Source: Vitrella brassicaformis CCMP3155 (lineage: Eukaryota; Protista; Chromerida). Taken from it: a stretch of 64,000 nucleotides of DNA. The DNA is taken from positions 62,001-126,000 of the forward strand of contig CDMY01000265.1 in the NCBI GenBank assembly GCA_001179505.1. The letters run 5' to 3'. Position 1 is the first letter of the stretch, and each line of letters opens with the position of its first letter. The translations under genes and the position numbers were made by a program. Positions 37,027 to 49,592 of this stretch are shown here, one piece after another. The notes below the pieces were generated by a model. The model saw nothing but the letters and a program-made list of their open reading frames with translations, was not told where the DNA came from and did no database searches.

Positions 37027-37352
37027 TCCGTCCGAGAAACAAAACCCAATCGGAAACACGCGGAGGGGAGCCGCTCTAAGCCTTTTCGGCGGGTTCCTCG
37101 GTGCAATGGAGCGGAAAGAATTGCAATGGAATTGCAATGGAATGGTTTGGAAAGATCCACATCACATTATCATCCATGCACACATGAAACGAAAAGGGAC
37201 AGCACTGCAGCCACTGCAGGAAGCCAACCCATGCACCATGCGTTATCTACACATGCCCCTCCCCTGCTGTGCTTCTTACTCAACCACGCACGCACGCACG
37301 CACATGGATCCGTCGGCTTCAACCAACTGTCCATCTGTGTGTGTGTGTCTAT

Positions 37353-39219
37353 TCATACCGGCTTGGGCCCACCACACACGTCACACCTGGCCGCCATGGG
37401 GGGGTTGTACGCGAACGTGCAGCGGTCACACCTCCACACGGCGGCGAGGGCAGCAGCACCGTCGTGCACCCGGCGCCGCTTCACACCGCCACCATTCCCC
37501 TCCCCCTGTCCCTCCCCCTGCCCGTCCCCCAACTCATCGCTATCGCTGTCGTCCAACACAATCACGTCGTCACTGATGGCAGACGCTGCTGCCTCGCCGC
37601 CACCCTCACTCGGACCCTCCTCCTTGACGGCCACGCCAGCCGCTGCAGCAGCCGCTGCTGCTGCAGCTGCAGGTTCGCCCCTGTCACGGCCGTCGTGAGG
37701 TTCGTGTTCGTCTTTGATGGCGAGACGGGCGAAGAGGTCGGGGAAGGCCTGCTCTGCCTCCTCCTCCTGCCAGGCGTTGTCCTGGGGGGCCAAGGCTGGC
37801 TGGGCGTCGTCCTGACCTTCGTCGGTGGTGAGGTCGATGATGAAGTCGACATCTTCCTCATCGCCCACGGCTGCGATGCACCGGCCGTCCTGATGATTGG
37901 TGGATACATCCATCAATCAGGGAGGGGTGGGTGGGTCGGTCTGTCTGTCTGTCTTTCTGTTTGGGTGTGTGCGATGTCGTATGGCTGCTTGCTTACGTCT
38001 TTGGCCGCCCGCTCCCTCTCTGCAGCAGCAGCAGCGGCCAACTCGCCTGGCTTCAACGCTGATGGGCAAAGATGAAATGGGAGAAGCAATGTGTGTGTCG
38101 CCAATATGGTGATGTGTGCGTGTGCCCGCTATCCTACCTTTCATGAGGTCCGCATCGCCTCCCAGCCGGTTGCCGCCCTTGGGCATGAGCTTCTTGAGGT
38201 GGTTGCGCCGCTCGGCAGCCTGACGACCCAACACCAACACACACGTGGAATGGAATGTATGTACAGCCTCATGGCACATGCCAGTCGGAGTGTTGGCGAG
38301 CGTACCATCTTGGCCTTCTTGCGCTGGTCGTCACGGGACACGGGATTGTGCATAGCACCACCCAGCCGCTTGCCTGACATGATGCGATACACAACACACC
38401 GATGGATGATGCACACCGACATGACATACACGAGTGCTCCACCACCAGATGTGTAGGTGTGTGGTCCGGCATACCCGTGCCGAGGAAGAGGCTGGTGTCC
38501 ATCGCACCACTAATGCCGCGCCGAATCAAATCGCTGCACTCCTGCACCCATCCATCCATGCAGAAGGAAGATAGAGTCACATGAACATGATGCACACACA
38601 TTCCCTGCACCCCCGCCCACCTTCTGCAGCTGTGCCCAGAGTTTGTAGAAGGCCGCGTCGTGTCGTGGGATGTCGTTGTGCGCCAACTCGTGCGTCAAGC
38701 AATACAGCACTAAGCGATACGAGTAGGTGATCCCACTGTTCCTCGTCTGACGCAGCCGCAACTGATGGCCACCCACCACCCACACACGCAACACGCAGGC
38801 ATTCAGTGAGGTATTGCGGTGCCTTCCCTCCTCACCGCTTACACATATTTTGTGCCCTTGGTTGACGTTGAAGCCGCCCACATTTGGGTTTCTGGGTATG
38901 CCTTCGTAGAGCAACGGAACTCGCCACTTGTACTTGTACATCAATGGCTGCACACCACACCAGGAACGGAGCACACATGGTCACTCACTAGAACACCAGC
39001 AGCCTTTCGTGCCGCATTGTATCGCAGCGACGTACCTGCACCTGTGCAGCGGCTCTCTCGAGCATCCGCCGCGCCTCCTCCTTCTGAGGCAGATTCAACA
39101 CTCGAATCTGCACACAACACACACAACGAACGAACGGTATGCAGCAGAGGTGATGATGATCTGTCGTTTGTGACCTCTTGGAATCGGTATTTCTGTCGGT
39201 TTATCTCCTCTATAGACAT
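37353..39219 (-). CDS. WSS1: Wss1-like WLM metalloprotease with SHP box, VIM, SIMs and RanBP2-type zinc finger
   Basis: IRVLNLPQKEEARRMLE, VQPLMYKYKWRVPLLYE..P, GFNVNQGHKICLRLR and LTHELAHNDIPRHDAAFY (HExxH plus third His). Then FLGTGKRLGG (SHP), RKKAKMAAERR (VIM, Rx5AAx2R), FIIDLT and VIVLDDSD (SIMs), and WRCDRCTFAYNPPMAARCDVC. An alternative start is possible at 39448. Confidence 0.88.
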
Positions 39220-39516
39220 GGCGGATACTTGTGGCTGCAGAACGCCAAAGAACTGACGCAAGGTAGGCGAAAGCCGCTGGGAAGGATTCAGAAATAGAGC
39301 GGAGTGGACGGCGGGCCAGGCGGTGGATGCCACCGTACGTGGGATGTGACACCTGTCCTAATCCGCCATCAAAAAAAGGCTTCAGTTTTCGAGGTCGAGC
39401 TCTTAGGGAAAGTTTGAGGGGGAGCGGACCCTGGGCTGGGGGCTGCATGTCCGTCTCAGTTGCCCCCCCATCCCACACTGGGTAGTGTTTCTTCTCCGCA
39501 GACCTCCGGTTCTCTC

Positions 39517-42500
39517 ATGTCCTGGCAGATGCACAAGCCGCTGGACGAGGTGGATTCGGTACGTCGCTTCGTGTGATCTTCTTCGGTTGCTGATCTTCGC
39601 AGGTAAGACAGCAGATGGATGGACAAGAGGCGATGCACACTCATTGGGGGGACGACAGACAGTCTACGGGCAGCTTCCACATTGCAGAATGTCCTGTTTT
39701 CCCTGTGTGTGGATGCCATGACAGGCGAGTCTCAGATCCGAGACCGACAGGCATTCGGTGCTCAAATCTGCTCTGACATACCGCCACAACCCCTTCCCCT
39801 CTCCATTGCCTGGGATTCAGCCCTTGTCGGTCGCTAACACCACCTCATCACGCCCATGGAACCCCCATCAGGTGGGCTGCACCGTCAGGGAAGATAGACT
39901 CAGCACACACTCACTGTGCAAATGTCTGTTATGTCAGAGCTCCCCACGGATCCGACGGAGCGTCGTCGTCTCATCGACACGGTGCTCGACTCCATCGGCA
40001 GGAGGACATCGGGCACAACGCAGAGGGCACACACGCACGCTGAGGGATGGCAGCCGAGAGAGGAGCGCGACACCACCGGACCACACTCAGCACCTGCACG
40101 AGCGCACACTATGGAGGCGAGCCCAGCCAGTCGGGGAGGTATGGTGATCCAGCGTGCGACCGAGACGGGACCGCAGCACCAGCCGCCCCACGAGCATGAC
40201 ATGCAAAGGATGCAGGAAACACACGACAAACAGGCACAGGAGATACAAAAGGTTGGTGCCTGGGTGGAGCAGGAGGCAGGGAGGGACCTGGCTGGGTGTG
40301 GTGTACTTCACGTGCTTACATCTCTCTCTCTCTCTCTCTCTTGCTGTCCCTCCCTATGTCTCTATGTATGTCTCCTTGTCTGTGACTGACAGGGTCGTGA
40401 GGCGTGCACCAAGCTGTCGATAGAGGTCCAGAACCTGGCTGTTCGTATGCGTGAGACAGAGGACAAGCACCTTGGGGAGATCCGTCGCCTGGAGGGCTTA
40501 TTAGACCAGGCGCACCAGGACTTGGAGAAGGAGCGCCGCGTCAAGGCCGAGGAAGACCAAGGGACCGTGAAACACCGGATGGAGGCCAGACTGCAGCCGC
40601 CCCCTGGTGCTCCGGTGCTGTCATGCCCCACGTCTCCCTCCCTCCCAACCCCCACACCCACACCTGACGCGAGAACAACACTTGCCCGGCGGCCGCCAGC
40701 AACACACAAGTCCCATACCATGCCGGCAGACGTCGAGGCCTCCCGGCCTGCCCATTCTGGAATGGAGGTGGCCTACAAGCGGCGGGCGACCCACCCCATG
40801 ACGAGAGAGGAGGAGGAAGAGCGAGCCTTTGAAGACATCAAGTACGGCCCTGAGAAGTACAGGCGGGGCTACACTATGCCACCACGGCTGACCGAGAGCC
40901 CCTACACGCTGCACGAACTGACGCCGCCCAAGAAGAGCCTCACCATGCCGGTCGGACCCCCTGCCGCCGATGCACACCCGTCGACCCTTGTGAGCATCTC
41001 ACCTGACCGTGGCATCGTCGCCCCAAAGACGTCAATCGCCATCGGGCCAAAGCGCGACCTCACCACACCAACAGTCACAGACACCGCTTTAGCCAAGACA
41101 ATGCCGCTTCCGCCTCCGCCGGGGCAGCAGGTCGGGCAGAAGACACGGCCCAGTCCAGCCCGCTGGCGGTCGACCCCGACGATTGGGTTCACATCGCCGT
41201 CACAGGTGCGTCTCCGCGAGGCCAAGACGGATGGCGGTGATGTCATGGGCAGCGTGCTGTACAACGGGCCAGAGGAGGTGGAGAGCAGCATGCTGTCGCC
41301 TCCTGAGGAGGGGAAGATGGAAGAAGACAAGACAAAGACAGAGACAGAGAGGAGGGAGGTGGGCGCTTACGAGCCGACAGTGGAGCCGGAGACATTTGAG
41401 AGCTGGCGGCTTCACGCCACCCCCAGCCCTTACACCTTCGGCACGTCTGTCAGCCGACCGCCCCCAAAGAGCCCCTACACCACGCGGCCCTCATTCCAAG
41501 CTCGTGTCGATGCGGCAGCCGCAGAGGCGTGGACATCACAGCCGACGACAAGATACGGCGCTGTGCGGCCCTCGGCCGACTTCCTCTCACCACCACCTGC
41601 CCCGTCCTATACGTCGGGGGCTTACTATGACAGAGAGAGGGAGACGGGCACTCGCTTCCGGTCGCTGTCGCCCTCCTCAATGCCGCCGCCTCCACCGTGC
41701 TTTCTGTCGGAGCGACTGAGAGACGAGAAGCCGATCGACATTCCCCCCATAAGCGATTTCTATCCGCTGTCGACTCCGCGCTCGTCCCCACTGGACCGTC
41801 CCACTCGCCGGCCCTTCCAGACCGAGCCTCTGCTTGGAGGGTCGACCTACACGCCCGTCCTTCCCCCGCCACGGCTGCCACCCCGCCAGCCATTCGACTT
41901 TTCATCGGCCATGAGAGACGATCCCGGATATGAGCTCCCCAGATACAGGGACAGATGCCTCCCCTACTGCCCCCGATCCTCCTACCTGTCGTCGATGCCC
42001 TTCCCGTCGCTGCCCGAAGACCGGCCCCTCCGTGAGTACTACGGAGGTGGCGGGCCTCTCAAGACCTCCCGGCCGCCATTCGACTACACTTTCGGGGGCG
42101 GCTTGAAGGAGCCCGCCACTGTCAGCGGTGTCAACACGGAGTCGCCCGATGGTGCCTCTCCTGAGATCAAGCCAGACGACAAGGAAGCGGCGGGTGGCGT
42201 GCCAAAGTTAGAAGGCGGCGAAGGGCAGCCTGTGCAGGAGGAGAGGGAGGAAGGGGAGGAACGTGAGGCTGAGGGTAAGCCCGATCAGGAAGAGACGGCC
42301 GCTGCGGAGCAGGACGACGGGTGCCTGGGGCTCGGCTACCCGATCACAGCCACACAGCGGCTAATCAAGTGGGATGTGTGTGCCGTCGGGCTGACCCACA
42401 CGCGGACTCTCACCGTGCAAAACAACAGGCAGGCCAAGAGAAAGACGCAGATCGATACACATCGACGCACCAACATGAAAAATGTCTTCTCTTACCTCTA

Positions 42501-45500
42501 CGTGCAGCTCCCAGCCCGTGTTGGTATATCCGGAGGTGTGGACGGTGTCAGCACTTGACGATCCCCCAGACCCCACCGAGCCCCCCACCCTCGCGCCTTG
42601 CTCCCCATTCCGCGTCCCCAGCAGCCCCGTCACCCTGCCGCCATACGGCACGGCCCACCTGCCCATAGCCTTCACACCCACGCTCAACAAGTGCGACCGT
42701 GTGCAGCCGCCCGCCCGAGGGGAGAGGGGTGCAGAGGGAGAGAGGAGCGACGACGGCGTGCCGCTGAATTGGGTGGGGGAGTACGTTGCACAGCTGAAGC
42801 TGATCACGGCCACCAGTGTGTGTGTGGTGGGGCTGGAGGCGCATGCCGCCGTGCCCAATATCGAGGCAAGCCAGGCCATACGACTTGGGCACTTGTGTGT
42901 CGATTGTATCCTTGTTTGGATCAGATCACGCCTTCCTCTCTCTGTCTGGGGGCGGTGTTTCCCTTCGGCGAGAGGTGCCGAGCAGTGACAGTCACCAACC
43001 GAAGGTCGCACATCACCCAGTTCACTCGCGCATGGCTGATGGTGCGCTGCCTGTGTCGCTGTTGTAAGTGTGTTTGGCGTAGCCATCAGCCCGAAGGTGT
43101 CCTATGGCGGTGCTGACGTCTACAACCCCTGCACAGACGCCAACAGAGGCCACCCCACGTGGAGCATCCTCATCGACAAGGACGGCCCCCTGAGCAATAA
43201 GGAGGGCCGCATGGTGGTCTTGACCCCCGTGGCCGATCGACGCGAGGGGCGGGCTCTGGTGCTGCCGCCATCAACCAGCAAGACGATCTGGATCAAGTGA
43301 GACATGGAAGAAGATAGATGTCTCACGATAGATCCATGGTGTGCGTGTCGTGTGTTCTGGTGGTAGGTACCGTCTCCCTCCCACCGCCCCCCGCCCTGCA
43401 CACGCGGGTCCATCACTGGCCGACATCCTCGACAGCCCCGCCGCAGCCCCCCTGCCCCCACAGCGCCCCGAGTGCTCCACGGCATTCCACCTGGTGCCAT
43501 CACCAACAATCACGGAGACAACCCCATTCCTCACCGACTGCCTCGGGGCACTGGAGAAAGATACACCGCTCTATGACGCCCTTGCGCTGCTGAATCTCCC
43601 ATCTGAGAGTGCCGGAGGTGCTGGTGTGGGCAGGAATGATGTCATCGAGGGTTCTGGTTTGCCCGTGGTGGTTGGCGTGCTGCAATCTTTTGTGGACGTC
43701 GTGGCGCTGCAGGTGCCACACCCACTGCAGGCGGAGGGCATCGTCCTGCAGCCAAAAGAGTCCCTACAAGCCCTGATGTGCGGCAGGGCTGACTGCAAGA
43801 GCAAGAGCGACGGGGCGCTTGCCCCCGTTCGACCGGATGGGGCCTCCTTAACGCGCGTGGCCGACAGCAGGACCACCCGCAATGGTCAAGGTGACGAGTA
43901 TAATGGCTTTGTCCGGCTGCATGCCTGGGTTAAAGTGCGCTATGACGGCACTTTCCCACGAGTTGTGCTGAAAGGAGCCCTGCTGCATCCAGCAGTGCAC
44001 AAATCAGCCGGTCTTGTGTCTCCACTGGAGGCGCTGCTGAACCCTTTGGTTGGATGGGACATTCGCGTGGAGCCCATGCAGCTGGAGCTGGCCAAGGGGC
44101 AGGCCGGAGCGATCCACATCATCGCCGACAAGGCCACCGACGCCCTGTTCGACGGGCCGCTGCCGTCACTGCCTGTTGTGCATCATGTCTCTGGCGGCAA
44201 GCCCACTACCACTTGTTCCTACGCCCTGGAGTTGCGTCTTGCCCTCCCCAATCCCCCCGATGCCGCCGTTGACGCGAATGCCGTCAGCCATGCCTTCACA
44301 CTGCCCCTCGTCCTCGCACCCCCACCGCCCTCCATGCCTCTCTGGACAAGCGCCAAGCGGCTCGTGTGGGGCGAGGCCGCACCCTTCATCCCCACAGCAC
44401 GAACACTGTTTCTGGCCAACAAGGGCGAGTGTCCTCTTCTCATCCACATGACGTGTCTCGTCGAGTACCCCGTCGTGGCGCCGACTTTGCCGCCGGCACG
44501 TGAAGGCAGGAGGCGGTCCAGTGCCTATAGCGACATGGGAGGCCAGCACAGCGTGTCATTTGACGTGCACTTCATCAGGGGTCCGGGGTGCTGCTTCAGG
44601 CCCCTTGTGTCGGAGCGGGAGGGCGGCAAGTCGGGAATGGTCATGGGCGAGTGGGAGCTGCTGCTGCCGCCTTATCGGTACTGCGAGATGGCCGTCGACT
44701 TGCAGTACTCCCCAATCATCACCCATACAGAGGTCAATCACTTCGCCCCTTCCCGTCTGCATTTCTCTTTCGCGCACAAGCAAGAAAGCATCACCTCATG
44801 ACATGCGTACCTTGTGTGTGCTGCAGATTCCTCTCGTCCAGGGCAGCCTCAGGCTACACTGCATCAACTCACCCAACAGGAACGGCCCCTCAGACAGCGA
44901 CCCATCCACATCTGTGCGGCTGCTGGCATGGCGAGGGATCGGAGGCGCACTCCTCACAGACGACCAAGACCGCACTGCCCTCTGCTTTGACCACGGCGTG
45001 CAGCCATCACAAGGCCCGTCCAACAGCCGGCTCTTCTCCCTCCATTGCCGCAACCCATCCTGGACAGAAAGGAAGACAGCGCGGACAATGGATGCCGCCC
45101 CCACCGATTCCTCCGGCTGTCGACTTATGGCAGCGCGGGCGCAGAACGGGCGATCTCATCGGCAGCCGTCTTCTTTTGAGAGGGCTGATGGCGCCACGTT
45201 TGTGTGGAGTGGCGTGCCCCGACTGCCAGACGGCCTGAGATGTGTGCCTGATTCGGTCACTCTGCACCACGAGGACGACATGCTGATCCAGCAATGGCAG
45301 CTGGACCCCATCAGCCACATGATGATGATGTCCCACCTGCAGTCGCCACCAGCCTATGCGCCGAGGCCGCCGGCGACGTTTGGTGTGGGGACAGACGTCG
45401 AGGGAAGCTACCACATCAGTTCTCAGGTGGTGTCCGTCTGGACGGGGTCGCAGGCCTTCCTGCGGTTCATGGAGGATGCGCAGGAAACGAGGGGTGGGGC

Positions 45501-46437
45501 AGCGGGAGGGTCGATCGAGGCCCTCATGGACGCAGCTCTCAACAAGCCGCTGCCGCACTGCCCCGGCTGGTGTCAGCAGCATGAGGAGACACGACTGGAC
45601 CAGACGGCGGGCGAAGGCCAGGAGGGTGAAGGAGACGGAGAGGGAGAGGGAGAGGTGGTCGCTGCAGTGCCGTTCATCAGCAAGGACGACCTCAAGGCCC
45701 TCACACAGGCTCACATCCGGTCGGTGCCCCTCTTCTGTGTCCGCCTCACCCCCACCGGCGCCCCCAGAGTGCCCCTGACCCCTTCCACCCCTCTCAAGAC
45801 CGTCATCCTGGGCCCCTTTGACCTCTCTGAGTTGAGAAGCACCATGCACCGCTGGAACATGGCCACCGAGACACTCACCCTGCAGTCGCCCTTCGCCGAC
45901 CATTCGGCACATTTCCGCATCTTCCCCGTGACGCGGCCGTCCCTCTCTCACAGCCAGGACGGGGCGAGACACAACCGATGGCTGCCGGCCATTGCCTTCG
46001 AGGCAACACCGAGCGATGCTTATGAGGGCGAGGATGAGGTCTTCCTGTTTTCGGAGATGGAGGGTCAGCTGTCCGCTGGTGGGCAGAAGGAGGTGGGCAT
46101 CGAGGCCAACCTGGCGAAAATGCTACCACTCATGGTGACGACGAGCAAGGCACGGCAGGTGCATCACGACACGAGAGATGGCGGCCCCGTGACGGTGGAG
46201 GCACTGATGCAGAGAGAGGAACAGCACCTGCAGGAAGGCAGCAGGGGCAATGCCATGGGTGTGTCCCTCTCTGATGCGATAGAGGTGCGGCCGGAGTGTG
46301 TGCTGATGATGTCTCAGTACTATGTGGTTGAGTATGGCGTCGATGGCTCGCGTGTGTGCCAAGTGCTGGGGCTACACATGTTCGGACGGACGGACGGGAC
46401 GGGCCGGGCCGTCGTGGGGTGGATGGACGAAATGTGA
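39517..46437 (+). CDS. Large protein with coiled coil, long Pro/Ser-rich region and several ASH (ASPM-SPD-2-Hydin)-like Ig domains; centrosome/cilium-type
   Basis: ASH-like strands TRTLTVQNNSSQPVLV, VTLPPYGTAHLPIAFTP, RTLFLANKGECPL, LLLPPYRYCEMAVDL and GQLSAGGQKEVGIEA. Long exons at 40393-42428, 43400-44790 and 44830-46430. The start is tentative, and extra exons may extend to about 47129. Confidence 0.55.
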
Positions 46438-47567
46438 TGGGGGCGTGGTGTGGATGGGCGCGGGGCTTTTTCAATCGCAGAAAGGCTGACTGGCTGATGA
46501 ATGAGTGCGTGCCTGTCTGTCTGTCTTCCGTAGGCCGTTTCCCGCTTTGGGCGGGCCGCGTTCTGGCTGGCTGGCTGCGTTCCTTCGTTCGAATCTGCAT
46601 GTGTGGGTGCGTGCCTGTCTGTCTGTCTGTCTGTCTGTCTACGCCGGTGTGGACGTGCAGTTTAAGCCTGAATGGCGCCATAAGCGGTACTGTACCCATC
46701 ATCGACCCGCCCGCCGTCTGCATCACCATTGACACATTGACATATCTCTCGCGGGCTTTGTCACTTGCACATGCAGACTATGTATGTCTGTCTGTATGTA
46801 TGGTACACAACACCAACACTGACACCAACACCGACACATACACATACACAAATAAATAGATAGGCACTCAGACAGACAAGTGCCTGCATCACACACACAC
46901 ACACACACACCCAGCCACGAAGAGGCCATACTCTCTCTCTCGTATGCACTGCACTCAGTCAGCTCCCTGCCCCTCGATTAAACAGTGGGACGCTCAACCA
47001 CGTATAAAGGGCCCACCAGCCAATCCACAGTCACGTGGGTCGACTGACTGGAAGTACGGCGACGGAATCGAATCAAAGGGCGGGAAGGTTAGGCCGATCT
47101 GTCTGTCTGTCTGTAAGGCTTCCATTTGAGCCTTTCCAGGCCACGGGTGAATGGTTCTGAGCGGGTCAAACGAAAGCCTCCAGACAGACAGACAGACAGC
47201 ATGTGGGTCGACGCTGTTCAAGGCAGGGAGTCGCGGTGCAACCAATTCGAGTACACCCGTCCACACAGACAGACAGACAGACAGACAGACAGGGATAAAG
47301 CAAGTGCCTGGCCTGATTCGATTCACTCGCTGAGACGATTGGTTGGTCAAGCTAGCTAAGAGAGACCGAGACAATCGATCACATCGATCATGCACAACTA
47401 TATATATACATTTCATATCATACACACTCTATCTATCGGCCCCTCTCTCCCCTCTCTCCCTCCCACCGGTACACACACGAGAGATCACTGCGCCCTCGCC
47501 CCCGTCCTCACACGAGTGAATGCGGTGCGTCGACTATGCGCGTGTGTTGTGTGTTGTATGTCTCTAT

Positions 47568-49430
47568 CTATTTGTTTGTGACGTTGTCGAGGAGGCCGTG
47601 GACCACCCACTTGCGCTCGCCCCGGGTGTGAAACTCCTGCAGGCACCACATGCCAACCCAACAGTCACTCGTGACGGCTCGATGGATGTTGCTTGGACAT
47701 GAGTGTGAGTGTGTGTGTATGGGTGTGGTGTGCCCCAGCCAGCCACCGACCCATGCGACTGCGATGCTGTCTTTGTAAACGATGTAGTTGCGGCCCTGGA
47801 TGAAGACCGGCGTGTGGTGGACTGACATGACACACCAAGCCAAGCAGAGAGAGGCATAGCGACCGACGATGAGTGCAGTGCAAGGGGAGCCGTGCCGTCC
47901 TGTGTAGGTAGGTACCATTTTGTGTGAAGTACATGCATCGTCCGAAAGTGCGGCCGTTGCCCCACGCACTCGTCGGCGGCCCCTGGAAACGATGGTGCCT
48001 GCACACAACACAACACAACACAACACACACATGGCCATCCGACTGCCGGTTCCCCCCTCCGTCCCCCTCTCTTCTCACCAGCTGTGGTAGAGTGCGTGCC
48101 GCTCATAGTTGTTGTCCAGCTCCACGCCGTACCTCACGTCGCCATCCGTCTCCAGGAACCTGGCCATCCCACCCTCAAACCCCTCCAGCCCACCCAGCTT
48201 CACCTTCTCCACAAAATGGTAAAAATCGTACGTCGGCTCCCACTCGATGCTCAGGTCCGTCTCGCCGTGCAGCTGCTGGTCGGCCGACCACACCTGCACG
48301 CGGCCTTTGTAGTGTGTGGGGTAGGGGGGGATGACGTAGGGCTCCTGGCTCTCGACCTCCTGGAACTGGAGGAACTCCTCGATGCGCTGCTGAGTGGCGT
48401 TGGTGGTGTCGGTGTAGTAGCTGTCGTCCCGCTGGTAGATGCCGCAGGTGCCGGCCTCCATGTTGGGGCCGACGAAGAGCACGTTGGTGTAGGCCTGCGT
48501 GATGTTGTCGGGCATGATCTGAACCCACACATGCAGGTTCTGCTTCCACGCCTACACACACACACACACACCCCCATCCATCCATCCATCCATCCATCCA
48601 TCCATCCACACACACACGTGTGTAGCCCCTTGTCGCCCGACTCGGCTCACGTGGTTATAGACGTTGCCCAGCAGTAGGTTGCCGTAGGGCACCCCATAGC
48701 CATAGAGGTCTTTGCCGAGGTAGACGCGGCAGTCGCCCTTGTTGGCGGTGCGCAGCTCGATGCCGCCGAACTCCAGCGCCTTGCCGCGGTTGGGCACCAT
48801 GTAACGGTGGAAGAACTCTATGCCGTCGGCCTCGCTCTTGCGAACCGCCTTGACCAAACCCTGAAACGTGCCCTGACAGACCAGACCGAGGTAGGGGAGA
48901 CAGTGGGGGTGTGGGGGTGTCATATATATGGTTCTGTGGTGTGTGTGTGCTGTGGGTGCATGCGGACTTCTCTGTCGAAGATGGCCGGGCGGCCCCACCA
49001 AAGGCCGCCTGCGATCCGCTGCCACGCATCAGCTGAACGACAGACACACGAGCACAGCAACAACAGACCACATGCATGTCATGTGTTTGCAGGTGTGGAG
49101 TGGAGTGCGGCTTCCGGACTGCCCTCCTCCCCTCTTTGTCTGTGGCCACCCTCCCACCGCCCACATGCGCACCTTTGTCTTCCACTTTGCCCTTGACAGC
49201 CTCGTCCATCACAGCCGACGCACGCAACTGCAGCCGCTCTTGCAATCTACCCGCCTGGTGCTTGTTGGTCACTGGCCGCCTTATCACAGAGCTGGGTCCG
49301 CCCATCGTGGCGAAGGCTGCCTTGTCTGATCCAGGGCCATGTGTGAAAGGAAGATGCCTCGGCGGAGGCGAGAATGCGATGCTGCCGGGAAGCAGGAGGC
49401 TCAAGGACAAGGCGAATGTGATGGAATTCA
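47568..49430 (-). CDS. Plastid-targeted protein of unknown function, rich in aromatic residues
   Basis: Leader MNSITFALSLSLLLPGSIA-FSPP plus an S/R-rich transit peptide. Exons join in frame through GIEFFHRYMVPNRG, WVQIMPDNITQAY, EWEPTYDFYHF, YHSWHHRFQGPP, GRTFGRCMYF and ...NVTNK*. Confidence 0.75.
48553..48618 (-). repeat. Intronic (CA)n + (CCAT)n microsatellite, representative of the many intronic simple repeats in the window
   Basis: Directly visible acacacacac...ccatccatccatccatcc tract. Confidence 0.9.
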
Positions 49431-49592
49431 TGGAAAGGGCCAGAAGGGAAGAGATCTGCACCTCTTTCAAGCTCGCAGTCGCCAAAAGCGGTTCGGGGTG
49501 AGCCTTTCCCACGCCCTTTACATTGCACCTGGATTGGCTGCATGAATCGGTAGTGCTGTTTGCGGGAGCGAGTTGCGAGTGTCGTTCGTAGC

